From the NCBI GenBank assembly GCA_963674745.2, contig CAXXDV010000001.1, forward strand, positions 1,856,001-1,920,000: DNA of 64,000 nt, written 5' to 3'. Every line of letters starts with the position of its first letter. The stretch's first letter is position 1. Position numbers and translations under genes: made by a program. The notes under the pieces are model-generated. The model was not told the origin of the DNA. It did no database searches and was given only the letters and a program-made list of their open reading frames with translations. Shown here one piece after another: positions 28,112 through 38,726 of this stretch. The DNA is from Desulfosudaceae bacterium (GTDB taxonomy: Bacteria > Desulfobacterota > Desulfobacteria > Desulfobacterales > Desulfosudaceae).

Positions 28112-28896
28112 TATTTAATCCCTCCTATCGGCAGATCAACAATTTCCACGGCTTTTTTCTGACTGACCATATCAATGGTATCTCCGATCACTCCCTGAAA
28201 TTTGGATGAAAGGGCTTCCCACTGGTTGTTCTCAGGGTTCAACCGGCCGACATGATGACCATCAAAAGACCTGTAAAACAGGGCGATCCTGCCGATGCGG
28301 AGGATCTCAACCTCAATATCTCTCCCACCCACGGATAATGTTTCCGGTGTCACCTCCAGTGAACGGCCGTATTCCGCCTCCACCGCCAGAGCTTCCAGAA
28401 CACGGTTAAGTTTGTCACTCATGGACAGGTGATAATCATTAACAGCAGATTTCAAAAACGACAAACGCTGATTTCTTTCTTCCTCCAGAAAGTTCATATC
28501 CTGGGTGATAAATTTTTCCAGCCGCCCGATTACCGTGTCCAGGTAGGGTTCCAGTTGCCGACGTAATTTGTCCATTTCTTCTTTTTTACGTTTGAGCTCG
28601 GCAATGGTCGTTCGTTCATTTTCGATATATGCGGCATACTTCATGTTCTGATATTCTACCCAGGCCAACCGCGTTTTTGTCTGCCGGATTTCGGCAATAA
28701 AACCTTCTTTCTCCTGACTCCACTGGTCTGCTTCTTTCTGGGCCTCGATTTCCACTTCTATGGCCTTTTCCAGATGAACCCGGGCCTGATTAATATCGAC
28801 CGTCTCTGCCTGAACGACCGGGGTTAAGAAACAAAAGAACCCCGTTATCGCCCCAAAAAATTTTAATAACCGTGAAAAAGAAATATCTGTTCTCAT
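28111..28896 (-). CDS. DUF3450-type periplasmic coiled-coil protein (TtpB-like)
   Basis: PYLD, FLEEERNQRL, EAEYGR and LRIGRIALFY motifs. ATG 28896 follows GGAGG. Confidence 0.82.
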   Translation of the reverse strand: MRTDISFSRLLKFFGAITGFFCFLTPVVQAETVDINQARVHLEKAIEVEIEAQKEADQWSQEKEGFIAEIRQTKTRLAWVEYQNMKYAAYIENERTTIAELKRKKEEMDKLRRQLEPYLDTVIGRLEKFITQDMNFLEEERNQRLSFLKSAVNDYHLSMSDKLNRVLEALAVEAEYGRSLEVTPETLSVGGRDIEVEILRIGRIALFYRSFDGHHVGRLNPENNQWEALSSKFQGVIGDTIDMVSQKKAVEIVDLPIGGIK

Positions 28897-28927
28897 TTGG
28901 CCTCCGCCTTCTCCGGCGCTTAACAAT

Positions 28928-29995
28928 TTATTGTTCATCGATATGTTTTGCGAGGTCCTCCCAACGGTAATATTGAAACGTTCTGTCATTTGACATGGCC
29001 ACAAAAAGACCGCAGCGAAACGTTTCGTTCAAGGCCAGGGAACATACGTCGGAACCGTCACTTTCATTGACCGCCAGATTAATCTTCCCGATGAGGTGAT
29101 GGAGATGGGGTTGATCAATTGTTCCTATCCGGTTGTAAATATTGAAGCTGCCTGATTCCTGGTCGGAAACAAGAATATACCCTTGCTTTTCGTCTTTAGC
29201 ATAAATAGATATACCTTCCCGGTCAGCAGCGAATCCTTCTGTGCCAAACAATGCTAGCTCCTCATCTCCAGCATCCGGGTCGGCGTGGTATTTCCGTATG
29301 CCGATATTTTCATCAGCGTAATAGACGTAGCCATGCGCGTCATCGACGGCAATGGCTTCGATCTCCTTTGTCCCACTGAATCTGCCGAACTTTCTCACCA
29401 GGTCGGCGGTTACCCGGCCTTCACTTGTTCCCAGTCGATACTGCCACAGATAATCTTTTTCCGGTCCGTTTTTTCGTCCGACTATGGCGAATACCGCCCC
29501 GTCTGACGGCCGTTTATAAAGAGCGATTCCCATTGGCGACCGGTAACCCTCACCCTGTTCTTTCGCAAATACTTCTATGCCGCCGCCGTCCAGCGGTTTC
29601 ATGTCCGGCAGAGCGAACACCCGGATACAGTGTGTAATCCGTTCGGTTACTACGGCAATGTCCAACGGACGGTCGTTTATCATCAGCCCGTATTCCACAT
29701 CCACATTATTTGGTCTTCGCAAACCCCGAACGACCTTGCTTTCAATAACACGACCGCTCAAATCAAAAACATAAAGTGCCCCGGGATCATGTTTATCGGT
29801 GCCGATAACCAGGCTTTTCCCGGGTTCGGTCGGGTGCACCCATATAGCGGGATCATCGCTATCATTTTCTACCGGTGAAGTTACAATAACAGGCTGAATT
29901 ATAGCGGGCACGTCGGTTACAAAAAAATCCGTCCAGCAACATGCGCTCAGTGCAAGAAGGGTCATAAATAAAAATATTTTTTTAATTGTATTCAT
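28928..29995 (-). CDS. Beta-propeller (3-)phytase, secreted
   Basis: DDPAIWVHP, GTDK, NNVDV, EIEAIAVDD, DREGISIY and ESDGSD motifs. Start moved to ATG 29995. Confidence 0.92.
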   Translation of the reverse strand: MNTIKKIFLFMTLLALSACCWTDFFVTDVPAIIQPVIVTSPVENDSDDPAIWVHPTEPGKSLVIGTDKHDPGALYVFDLSGRVIESKVVRGLRRPNNVDVEYGLMINDRPLDIAVVTERITHCIRVFALPDMKPLDGGGIEVFAKEQGEGYRSPMGIALYKRPSDGAVFAIVGRKNGPEKDYLWQYRLGTSEGRVTADLVRKFGRFSGTKEIEAIAVDDAHGYVYYADENIGIRKYHADPDAGDEELALFGTEGFAADREGISIYAKDEKQGYILVSDQESGSFNIYNRIGTIDQPHLHHLIGKINLAVNESDGSDVCSLALNETFRCGLFVAMSNDRTFQYYRWEDLAKHIDEQ

Positions 29996-30090
29996 TATAT
30001 TGCCGGATAAATAATACCCCGGGTTCGCCAATTGAAGTGGGACCCGGGGCCAGTTTGATGTTTACATCGCATTCATTTTCATGCTGGAGT

Positions 30091-30135
30091 ATATCCTGAC
30101 GTTCTCCTCCCTGTCGGAGGAGAACGTCAGGATAT
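30091..30135. repeat. 20-bp perfect inverted repeat between the TonB-dependent receptor and phytase
   Basis: atatcctgacgttctcctcc-ctgtc-ggaggagaacgtcaggatat; no U-tract. Confidence 0.8.
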
Positions 30136-30145
30136 TTGGACATAT

Positions 30146-32893
30146 CTACATGGCGAATTTAATACCCACCCGGGCCGACCAACCGTACTCTTCAAACTGA
30201 CGCAACCGGCCGGATTCTCCATAATAGGCTTTTAACGGCTCATTGGTAATATTGATCAGATTGGCATAAACCGTGTACTTCTCCATAAACGTATAGGCCG
30301 TTGACAGGTCAACCTGGAAATGATCGTCTATATATTCGTCTTCCAACGGTTCTTCGCCCAGCGAATCCAGATATTCGCTGCGGTAGCTTCCGCTCAGCCG
30401 GGCAAAAAAACCGCTTTTTTCATAAGACAGGGCTATGCTGCCAACCGTGTCCGAATGACCAACAAAATCGATATCGCGGGCAGGTTCGCCGCCGGTTTCC
30501 GGTACTTCAGCATTACTGCTGGAAACCGTCAGGTTGGTCAGAAAAGAAAAGCCGTCAAGAGGGGCCGGCAGAAATGAAAGCGCCTGTTGATAGGCCAGTT
30601 CCATGCCAAGGATATGACCGTGCTTGCCGTTATTCCAGGTGGTCAGTTCATAATCACCCATGTCGCTGGTCTGAGAGTAAATAAAATTATCGATATCCTT
30701 GTAGAAAACGCCGATAGAGGCCATTCCCACCATGTCGGGCAGATAATAAGACAATGTGGCATCCAGGTTCATGGCTTCATAAGGATCCAGTTCAGGGTTA
30801 CCGATTTCGATGTTGTCATCTTCGTCTGTTACCTGGGCATATCTTGTCTGTTCCCATAATGGCCGTGATATACTGTTGGTCCAGGCGGCATGAAAGACGA
30901 CGTCATCGATGATGTCCATTTTAACATGAATTCCCGGCATAACATTCGAGTAATCATGTTCAAGGCGGGCCGCGCCGACCACGGGATTGTCAAGGTCTTC
31001 ATCAATTATATATCCCTTTGCCTCCAGGTCGGTATACTCCATACGGATGCCGGCCATAACATCGACATCATCAAAGGACACGTTCCCCATGATATACATT
31101 CCGGTAATGTCCTCGTCTGTTTCATAGTCCTCCGCCAGTGAATCGACGACTTCATATTCCATGGCAAAGGCCTGACGGTTGCTTTCAAAACGACCCGTTA
31201 AACCTTCGTCAATCAGCGGAAAGTCGGAATATTCATTGCGTCCTCCGCCTGTATTCCCCGCCAGTGTGTCAAAGTCTCCCGGCGCATCGTCATTCACGTA
31301 TAATTCCACATCACTCTTTTTGTTCCTGGCGCTGAAAAGGAACCCGCCTTTAATATAGGCAGGATTAGAGGTGTCGAGTTCTTTTTTGAAATTCACACCG
31401 TATATCCGGGCCTTTTCCTCAACGATCTGGTTCTCGTCCGCCACTTCGTCAAACTCATAAATACCCAGGTCATTAATATCCCCGGTTTGCGCGGTTAACT
31501 TCGGCGTATCACCATAGGCGCCCGAGTAACGGTAACTCAAATCTTCGGTAACAAAGGTGAACTCTCTATCATCGGGGGTGTCCTGCTCGGCATAGGAATA
31601 GGCCGCCATATAATCGATGGTCCAGTTGTCCACAACATTTTCACCGCCAAAGGATAAAGCGTAGTTCATTTGAGTTTCAGTCCGGTCCTTCATTAGGATA
31701 GCCGTCTCCGGATAAATCCCATCGTCTTCATGAACGATCATACCCGTATTACCACCGGCATCTGGTTCCATGGCCATGTCGCCGATTACCGTCCGCCGCC
31801 GGTACTCATGATCTTCGTAATCACCGTATAGTCCGCGCAGAAAAAAATTATGGTTATTATCAGGTCTAAATTCCAGGTTGGCTGTAAGTCCCATCCTCTC
31901 ACGGGTTAAATCATACTCACGGTATTCCAGGCTGTCCGTAACCCAGATCCCGTTATCGTTCTGCTCCCATGGGTCGGCTTCGACATTGTCTGAACCGAGG
32001 TCTCTTTTGTCAAAGCTGGCAGACAAAAGCAAACCGAATTGCCGGTTTGCCCCGAAGACATCACCATAGGTCATCTGGGCACTCTCCGCCCATTCTTCCG
32101 TCAACTCTGAATAGTTTCCGCCCAAATTACCCATGAGCGTCCGCTTGGATTTATCATAAGCACTCGGGGTTTCAATATTGATATGGCCGCCGATACTGTC
32201 ACCCGGCATATCGGGCGTCAGCGCCTTGGTCACCACCAGTGTTTCCATGACATTCATGGGTAGTACATCAAGCAGTACGGCCCGGGTATCGGCATCCGGT
32301 GCGGCCATGGCAACATTATCCACAGAGGCACTGTTCAGGTGAGGACTGATTCCCCGTACAATAACAAACCGGCCTTCACCCTGATCCCTTGCAATAGAAA
32401 TACCAGGCAGGCGGTCCAGGGCTTCAGCGGCATTCTGATCCGGAAACCGGCCGAAAGCATCCGATGCCACGATATTTTTAAGATTCAAGGATGATTTCTG
32501 GCGGTTCAGTGCCTTGGCCTGGCCCACCATCGATCCCTGTACCACCAGTTCTTCAAGGGCATTGATGGATTCGCCGAAATTAATGTCCAGACGAACGGTT
32601 TCCCCGGTTGTTACCTGGATGGATTCTGTTACCGGTTCAAAACCGATATATTTAAATGTCAAGGAATGGCTGCCCTGCGGCAGATTTATTCTATATTCAC
32701 CATTGGTGTCTGTGGTCGTTCTAAAACGACCGTCCGGTGTGGAAACCGCAACACCCATTAAATTAATATCATTCCACACATCTTTTACCTGGCCGGTCAC
32801 CTGTCCTTTGTCCCCTGCGAAAGAAATACCGGCTGACAATAATAGACAGATAATTATTGCAAGCCGTTGAAGAAATGTTCTTCTGATTTTCAT
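30146..32893 (-). CDS. TonB-dependent receptor with N-terminal extension (phytase-associated type)
   Basis: TonB box LEELVV, plug FPDQNAAEALDRLPG and GEGRFVIVRG, GNPELDP and a barrel C-terminus. ATG 32893 follows GGAGGAG. Confidence 0.93.
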   Translation of the reverse strand: MKIRRTFLQRLAIIICLLLSAGISFAGDKGQVTGQVKDVWNDINLMGVAVSTPDGRFRTTTDTNGEYRINLPQGSHSLTFKYIGFEPVTESIQVTTGETVRLDINFGESINALEELVVQGSMVGQAKALNRQKSSLNLKNIVASDAFGRFPDQNAAEALDRLPGISIARDQGEGRFVIVRGISPHLNSASVDNVAMAAPDADTRAVLLDVLPMNVMETLVVTKALTPDMPGDSIGGHINIETPSAYDKSKRTLMGNLGGNYSELTEEWAESAQMTYGDVFGANRQFGLLLSASFDKRDLGSDNVEADPWEQNDNGIWVTDSLEYREYDLTRERMGLTANLEFRPDNNHNFFLRGLYGDYEDHEYRRRTVIGDMAMEPDAGGNTGMIVHEDDGIYPETAILMKDRTETQMNYALSFGGENVVDNWTIDYMAAYSYAEQDTPDDREFTFVTEDLSYRYSGAYGDTPKLTAQTGDINDLGIYEFDEVADENQIVEEKARIYGVNFKKELDTSNPAYIKGGFLFSARNKKSDVELYVNDDAPGDFDTLAGNTGGGRNEYSDFPLIDEGLTGRFESNRQAFAMEYEVVDSLAEDYETDEDITGMYIMGNVSFDDVDVMAGIRMEYTDLEAKGYIIDEDLDNPVVGAARLEHDYSNVMPGIHVKMDIIDDVVFHAAWTNSISRPLWEQTRYAQVTDEDDNIEIGNPELDPYEAMNLDATLSYYLPDMVGMASIGVFYKDIDNFIYSQTSDMGDYELTTWNNGKHGHILGMELAYQQALSFLPAPLDGFSFLTNLTVSSSNAEVPETGGEPARDIDFVGHSDTVGSIALSYEKSGFFARLSGSYRSEYLDSLGEEPLEDEYIDDHFQVDLSTAYTFMEKYTVYANLINITNEPLKAYYGESGRLRQFEEYGWSARVGIKFAM

Positions 32894-32994
32894 GGTTCTC
32901 CTCCCCTTGATAATTAATAACCGTATCATTGATCTTTAAAATCAAAACTTTCCCTAAAAAAAATTCTAATTGCAGCGTTATCAAATGATGAAAT

Positions 32995-33033
32995 TGTGAA
33001 ACTTCGATGAACCGATGATTTGATTATGGTTAG
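32995..33033 (-). promoter_or_regulatory. Pho-box-like array facing the receptor-phytase operon
   Basis: Minus-strand CTAACC, CAAATC, TTCATC, TTCACA at an 11-bp period. Confidence 0.6.
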
Positions 33034-33043
33034 CCACCCAAAA

Positions 33044-33071
33044 ATAACAGTCCGATGACAATTTTTTAACG
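33044..33071 (+). promoter_or_regulatory. Pho-box-like array facing alkaline phosphatase 2
   Basis: ATAACA, ATGACA, TTAACG at an 11-bp period. Confidence 0.55.
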
Positions 33072-33213
33072 GAAACCAGATAAAGCCCTAAACAATCATG
33101 ATTAAGATATCGAACTATAAGCTGTGGATGGTTATGATAGAATGTTGATGCTTTTGACTGTGAATGAATAAAAAGTCAGATTAATATGTGAATTTAATTT
33201 TTTGGATAACGAT

Positions 33214-34527
33214 ATGAATATGAGAAAAATCAGAAGCGTGTTGATGTGTCACCTGGCCGGCTGTTTTTTAGCCATTTTTGTGTCAGGCTGCGCCTTGACG
33301 TATACTGCGGCTTCAAGCGTCAAAAACGCAGGCTCTGCCGGAGGGGGAGAGCCCAGATATATTTTCTTCCTGGTTCCTGACGGCATGGGGCTATCGAACG
33401 TTACCGCCGCCCGTATTTATAAAAACGGGCCCGGCGGCGTTCCGCTGACTTTTGAAAGACTTCCCTATATCGGTTATCAGCGCACACATTCAAAAAACAG
33501 CACGGTCACCGACTCTGCCGCTGCCGCCAGTGCCTGGGCGTCCGGAGAAAAATTCAACAATGGTGAAATTTCCTGCCACGATGACAATGGCGACGGACTC
33601 TGCGACGGGACCTTAAAGAATCCACAGACCATATTGGAACTGGCAGCGGCCCGTGGGATGGGAACAGGCCTTGTGGCCACCTCAGATATCACTCACGCAA
33701 CGCCGGCTGTATGGGGGGCGCATGTTCACAGTCGAAAATGTGAATCTGAGGTTTTCTCGCAATTCCTGGATCTGGGTATCGATGTGCTGCTCGGCGGGGG
33801 AATTGCAGCCAATCATGGTGCCTGTCTTCTCGAACCGACTGATGAGACAACAACAGAAGCGTTGATTCAAAGAGCACGTAATGAAGGATACGCTTATGTA
33901 ACAACTGAAAAGGAAATGATCGCCAGGCAGGCATCAGCGAAGAAGATACTCGGTGTTTTTAACAGCGGCGGTTTATCTCCGCTTTACACCCGTTCATCTG
34001 CGTCTACCGAACCCACCCTGGGAACCATGACCAGAGCGGCGTTGGAAGTTTTACAGGGCTTTAATAGCGGTTTTTTTCTGTTGGTCGAAGGGTCTCAGGT
34101 GGACTGGGCCAATCACGATAACGACATGGTCTATCAGATTCATGAAACCCTTGATTTTGATAATGCCGTTAAAGTCATTCTGGACTGGGTGAATGGCTCT
34201 GAAATTCGAAAGAAAAACAGCCTTGTCATTGTAGTGCCCGATCATGACTGCGGTGGTTTTGGCATCAACGGGCCTAAAGGTGAGCTGTCTGTACCCGGTG
34301 ATTCCGGCAGGAAATATCGGCTTAAAAACGAAGCCGGTGTCATGGTGGACTTAAAAAATAATGATGGGAAGCCGATTTACGCGCCTGATTTTGAAGCCGG
34401 CTGGACCTCAGACGGACATACGGCCGTAGATACTCTGATCTGGAGTAACTCTCCTGCCTGCGGCCGTGCAATGGATAACACGGATCTGTTTTATGTAATG
34501 AGAACTTTTCTTCAAGGTAACTTCTAA
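33214..34527 (+). CDS. Alkaline phosphatase (PhoA family), probable lipoprotein
   Basis: VPDGMG, VTDSAAAASA, THATPA, EGSQVDWANH, PDHDCGG and GHTA motifs; lipobox VSGC. Start is 33214 or 33220. Confidence 0.9.
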   Translation: MNMRKIRSVLMCHLAGCFLAIFVSGCALTYTAASSVKNAGSAGGGEPRYIFFLVPDGMGLSNVTAARIYKNGPGGVPLTFERLPYIGYQRTHSKNSTVTDSAAAASAWASGEKFNNGEISCHDDNGDGLCDGTLKNPQTILELAAARGMGTGLVATSDITHATPAVWGAHVHSRKCESEVFSQFLDLGIDVLLGGGIAANHGACLLEPTDETTTEALIQRARNEGYAYVTTEKEMIARQASAKKILGVFNSGGLSPLYTRSSASTEPTLGTMTRAALEVLQGFNSGFFLLVEGSQVDWANHDNDMVYQIHETLDFDNAVKVILDWVNGSEIRKKNSLVIVVPDHDCGGFGINGPKGELSVPGDSGRKYRLKNEAGVMVDLKNNDGKPIYAPDFEAGWTSDGHTAVDTLIWSNSPACGRAMDNTDLFYVMRTFLQGNF

Positions 34528-34571
34528 AAGCCGGCGCAACCGTTGAAAAACTAAAAAAACGCAAAATATCG

Positions 34572-35513
34572 TCATCTGATGTTGGATGCCCCCATATTGA
34601 TTACGGGCTCTGCCTGGGCTTCTCCGCAAAGCACAACCAGAAGGTTGCCCACCATTGCCGCTTTACGCTCTTCATCCAGTTTTAGAATTTCTTTCTCTGA
34701 TAATTCCGCAAGGGCCATCTCCACCATGCTGACGGCACCGTGGACGATTTTTTTCCGGGCTGCAATGATGGCCTCTGCCTGCTGACGCCGGAGCATGGCG
34801 CCGGCTATTTCCGGGGCATACGCCAGGTGTGTCAACCGCGCTTCCGACACAATAACGCCTGCTCTGGAAAGTCTTTCCTGAAGTTCTTTTTCCAGGGCTT
34901 TGCTTATCATGTCGGTGTTGTCACGTAACGTTGCTTCTTTTTCGTCCCCATCCTCGGAATGATCGTAAGGGTAATTGTTGGCCAGGTGGCGAAGGGCCGA
35001 TTCGCTCTGCACCTGAACGTAATGCTTGTAATTGTCCACGTCAAATAATGCTTTGGCCGTGTCCTGAACGTGCCAGACGACAACGGCGCCTATTTCGATC
35101 GGATTGCCGCGCTGATCATTAACCTTCAGGGTTTCCGTTTCAAAATTCCGCGCTCTTAAGGACACACGATATTTTTGAAAAAGATGCATGGATGCTGAGT
35201 GGTCTTTATCCTGAGATGCCATTGAATCCCACGGTCCCCGGTGCACGGAAAAAGGGTTCGCCCAGTGAAACCCGTCTTTTTTAACTGTCCCCTGGTATTT
35301 CCCGAAAAGAATTAACACCCTTGCTTCATTCGGCTGTAAAGTGAATAATCCCTGGGCCAAAAAAATTATTAGGGACATGCCGATTACAATGAAAAAAACA
35401 CTGCCAAATGCCATATCGACAACAAAAAATAAAACCATTACTGCCACTAGTAATATTGCAATTACACAAAGCATTATCAATCCGTTCAATGTACTGACAA
35501 TCTTTTCTTTCAT
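34572..35513 (-). CDS. SPFH/band-7 domain membrane protein
   Basis: [19 protein letters not shown] and [17 protein letters not shown] motifs. Start at ATG 35513. Confidence 0.9.
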   Translation of the reverse strand: MKEKIVSTLNGLIMLCVIAILLVAVMVLFFVVDMAFGSVFFIVIGMSLIIFLAQGLFTLQPNEARVLILFGKYQGTVKKDGFHWANPFSVHRGPWDSMASQDKDHSASMHLFQKYRVSLRARNFETETLKVNDQRGNPIEIGAVVVWHVQDTAKALFDVDNYKHYVQVQSESALRHLANNYPYDHSEDGDEKEATLRDNTDMISKALEKELQERLSRAGVIVSEARLTHLAYAPEIAGAMLRRQQAEAIIAARKKIVHGAVSMVEMALAELSEKEILKLDEERKAAMVGNLLVVLCGEAQAEPVINMGASNIR

Positions 35514-35655
35514 GTTTGCTCTCCCGAATTCCATGCAACGACGTAATGGCACAAATTTTCAGTGTGATCCATGGCACCGGTTGCTATGGGGGTAATTGGG
35601 CTATTATAGGTTTTTCTGTGGCGCTTTCGGCGGACTGAAATAACGGTATTATGGT

Positions 35656-35904
35656 TTACGGCAGATATCCGTCAGACGGCATGAAATTTTCATTGTTTTG
35701 CAGGATATGATTTTTTACGGTTTTTTCCACAAGAATTGGGATGAAATCAAGGACCACCGCATCACGCTCCAGCCGGGAACAGTATTTCCAGTATAATGTC
35801 TTTAATTGTTCATCGGGAATGTTACCAAAATCGTTTTTAATTCTTTTAAAACTTTCCTGGTGTTGTGTTTTTGGTATCCTGCTTTCCATTTTATCGATCT
35901 CCAT
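35656..35904 (-). CDS. Small helical protein (three-helix-bundle dimerisation / DUF3562-like)
   Basis: LERDAVVLDFIPILVEKTVKNHI motif. Confidence 0.6.
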   Translation of the reverse strand: MEIDKMESRIPKTQHQESFKRIKNDFGNIPDEQLKTLYWKYCSRLERDAVVLDFIPILVEKTVKNHILQNNENFMPSDGYLP

Positions 35905-36382
35905 TTACAACAAATCAAAAAAAAGAGGAAGCAAAAGCATCTCCCTAATTACATATAAAAATATCGCAAAGGACGACTGCCCTGTCAAGAATCGGCTACC
36001 CATAAATCCCTTTGTCCTGGACCGTTTCGTCATCTGTTAACTATTTGGATTTAAGCGAATTCAAATCAATTGCGGCAAAGTCGTCATCGGTCTGATTTGT
36101 AAGCGTTTGATTAGTTTTCTGTGAAAAACAATCGGCAAAATGGACTATCTGTTCAAAAGGATATAACCATAGATGACTTAAATCATTAAATAGCGACTCA
36201 TTTGACGTAAGCCGGGTGCTTTCCCTGGAATTCATCTCTAAAGGAACAGCGGATAACTTTGGGAATGGATCAGGAAATACATTTAACGCAATAATGGATA
36301 ATACCTTTTAAGAACGCATACATGGACGGCAGCAGGGAACTCTTTTCTCAGCCTTTTGAATAAATTATGAAAATGATGATGG

Positions 36383-37117
36383 CTATGAAGGTTGATAAGG
36401 ATTCTGTTTTCTGTTACTAATGCAGCCCCCAATCAGCCTGATTGATATAATTATTCCAAAACCTATTGCCATGGAAGCCATCATGCCCGGGTTTTTAATC
36501 GGATTCAGCGACTCACCTGCCTTTACCGCCTCGATGATATTGTCGCTCAGCCATGTGAGTACTATTATGTGATGAAATGTCCCCAGCACGGTTCCCAGTA
36601 AGAAATCCCTAAAGCCTATATTTGACAGGCTGAGCATCCAGTTAAAAGGCGGCAGCATGAAAAACAACAACCGCAAATACAGGACTGTTTTGAACCCCCT
36701 ATGCTCAAGTTTTTTATCGAATTGATCAAGTTTGCTGCCGCAAAGTCTTTTTAAAAACCCCCTCCCAAGGTATTGAGCAATAACGTAAATTGTCATTGCC
36801 GCAATATAAATAGAAATGGCTGACACAATTGCTGCCTTAATTCCACCAAAAATGATGACTGAGAACAGGATGATTACAACGGATGGGATATTTATTACAA
36901 TTGCACATATGGCAACTATGACAAACAATACATTCCCGTAGAAACCGTATCCTGAGATGAGTTTCCGAATAGATTCGATACTGTCGGATATGTACTCTTT
37001 TGTGAGATTTTGCGAGTAATCTGTATAATAACAGAAAAATATTCCGGCTGAAATGATTGTAAGCAGGATAATGGCCCTGATAACGGATGACCTGTCAAAT
37101 TGTTGCTCTTCCTGCAT
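36383..37117 (-). CDS. TVP38/TMEM64 (VTT/DedA superfamily) membrane protein
   Basis: YLGR, YLRLLFFMLPPFNWMLS and FLLGTVLG motifs. Confidence 0.85.
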   Translation of the reverse strand: MQEEQQFDRSSVIRAIILLTIISAGIFFCYYTDYSQNLTKEYISDSIESIRKLISGYGFYGNVLFVIVAICAIVINIPSVVIILFSVIIFGGIKAAIVSAISIYIAAMTIYVIAQYLGRGFLKRLCGSKLDQFDKKLEHRGFKTVLYLRLLFFMLPPFNWMLSLSNIGFRDFLLGTVLGTFHHIIVLTWLSDNIIEAVKAGESLNPIKNPGMMASMAIGFGIIISIRLIGGCISNRKQNPYQPS

Positions 37118-37262
37118 CTTATTATCTGTTTTTATCAGTTGAAAGTTTCTATATTGGTCTTCACAGATCTTTTAATGAAAATGAAAGAAGGTGTTTAATC
37201 AATATCACAGAACGAACCAAAAGAAACCAGGAGGCTTTATGATGTTTATGGTGATTGTCGAT

Positions 37263-38642
37263 TCACCCCAGGAGATCCTCCTGTTTGTATAATTTATGGT
37301 ATTGCCGCATTTCTTCTTTAGAGTACCGTTCCAGTCGTTGCTCCGGAATTTTTACTCTTTTCTCAATATCTGTAACTTTTGCATTCTCGACAAATAAATT
37401 TCTTCCCCTGCCGAACTTGATCAGTTGAAAAGAATCGTACAAATCACCTGTCACCGTATATGCGTTAAAAGTCAGCGTGTTTTTATTGATGTCTATGATC
37501 TGATATAGCTGAGTCAAAGAGGCTGATTGATCAGGCATCTTTTGCGGACCCAGGCCATACATTTTTTCACCAGCCACAGACACCACATATACAGGCGTGC
37601 CTGAACCATGTGAGCCAATCGAGTCAATATAAATTCCCCGGCAATAGCAATGATCATGTCCTTGCAAAACAAGGTCAACACCATATTTCTCAAGAAGCGG
37701 TTTTATTATTTCCCTTAACCCGTCATTATCGCGCCCTCTGGAACAGGAGAAAACCGGATGATGAAAGGTGACAATCGTCCAGTTTTGTGAATTTGATGCC
37801 AATACATTTTCAAACCACTCGATTTGACGTTCGGATTCGGCCTCATCTAAGATAAAGGGAAACGAATCTAAAGATATTATCCTGGTTCCCTGGTAATCCA
37901 CAAAGTAAACCCTGTTTTTAAAGGGAAACGGACCGTTTGAGGGGTTGATGAAAATCTGATTCCAATGACGGGAAAATGGTCTTTTACCATTTTCAGGCCT
38001 TTTGTAATATTCATGATTTCCGGGTGTGGCGATACAGGGAACCTGGCTGTAAAGGTATCCACCGGCATGAAAAAACGCCTGCCAGTCCTTATCGATGCTT
38101 CTGTTGACAAGGTCGCCGGCAAAAAGCATAAAGGCCGCTCCGGGGTTGTGCGCGTAAGCCTGCCGGATATTTCTCGAACCATTCTCAATAATTCCATTTT
38201 GTACATCACCGAAGTATATGAATGAAAATGGTTTTTCTGTTTTCGATGCGGTTTTAAACTGAATCCATTCGCTGAATTTTTTGCCATCTCCAACCCGATA
38301 AACATACGGTGTGTCGGGTTTTAACCCGGTAAAGATGACCTTATGCCCCATTGCTTCCTTCCGGCCTTCTTCCCAGGATGAACTCTTCCCGGTTACCTTT
38401 ATTATATTATTATCCAATACCGGGGCGGGGCTTGCTTCGGTAATCTCGCCCAAAGCTTTTTTAATACTAAAATCTGTTCTCCAGGTTATGCCAATGGTGT
38501 TTGAGGGATCGCCCGGGAAGCACATCATAATGCGGTCGGGATATTCGCTAACGGCCCTGTCTTCTGTGTTCTGCCGAGATTGTGTAAAAGAGACAAACAG
38601 AATCATCAAAAAAAATAATATGTAGATAAGGGCGTTTTTCAC
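37263..38642 (-). CDS. Purple-acid-phosphatase-like metallophosphoesterase (FN3-like plus calcineurin-like domain), secreted
   Basis: GDVQ, GDLV, GNHE, FHHP and GHDH motifs; N-terminal LKPDTPYVYRVG. Confidence 0.9.
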   Translation of the reverse strand: MKNALIYILFFLMILFVSFTQSRQNTEDRAVSEYPDRIMMCFPGDPSNTIGITWRTDFSIKKALGEITEASPAPVLDNNIIKVTGKSSSWEEGRKEAMGHKVIFTGLKPDTPYVYRVGDGKKFSEWIQFKTASKTEKPFSFIYFGDVQNGIIENGSRNIRQAYAHNPGAAFMLFAGDLVNRSIDKDWQAFFHAGGYLYSQVPCIATPGNHEYYKRPENGKRPFSRHWNQIFINPSNGPFPFKNRVYFVDYQGTRIISLDSFPFILDEAESERQIEWFENVLASNSQNWTIVTFHHPVFSCSRGRDNDGLREIIKPLLEKYGVDLVLQGHDHCYCRGIYIDSIGSHGSGTPVYVVSVAGEKMYGLGPQKMPDQSASLTQLYQIIDINKNTLTFNAYTVTGDLYDSFQLIKFGRGRNLFVENAKVTDIEKRVKIPEQRLERYSKEEMRQYHKLYKQEDLLG

Positions 38643-38726
38643 TGGTTCGGCCTTTAATTTTATCTGACAAATTTAAGGTCGAAACGTTTAAAACAAATGT
38701 GAATAATATTTTTTTTTGATAAATGT

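Noticed and set aside
36041..36235. 64-aa ORF in the AT-rich intergenic region
   Set aside because: No recognisable features; cannot be supported from sequence alone.
38641..38726. Possible Pho-like box upstream of the metallophosphoesterase
   Set aside because: AT-rich, but no convincing 11-bp periodicity.
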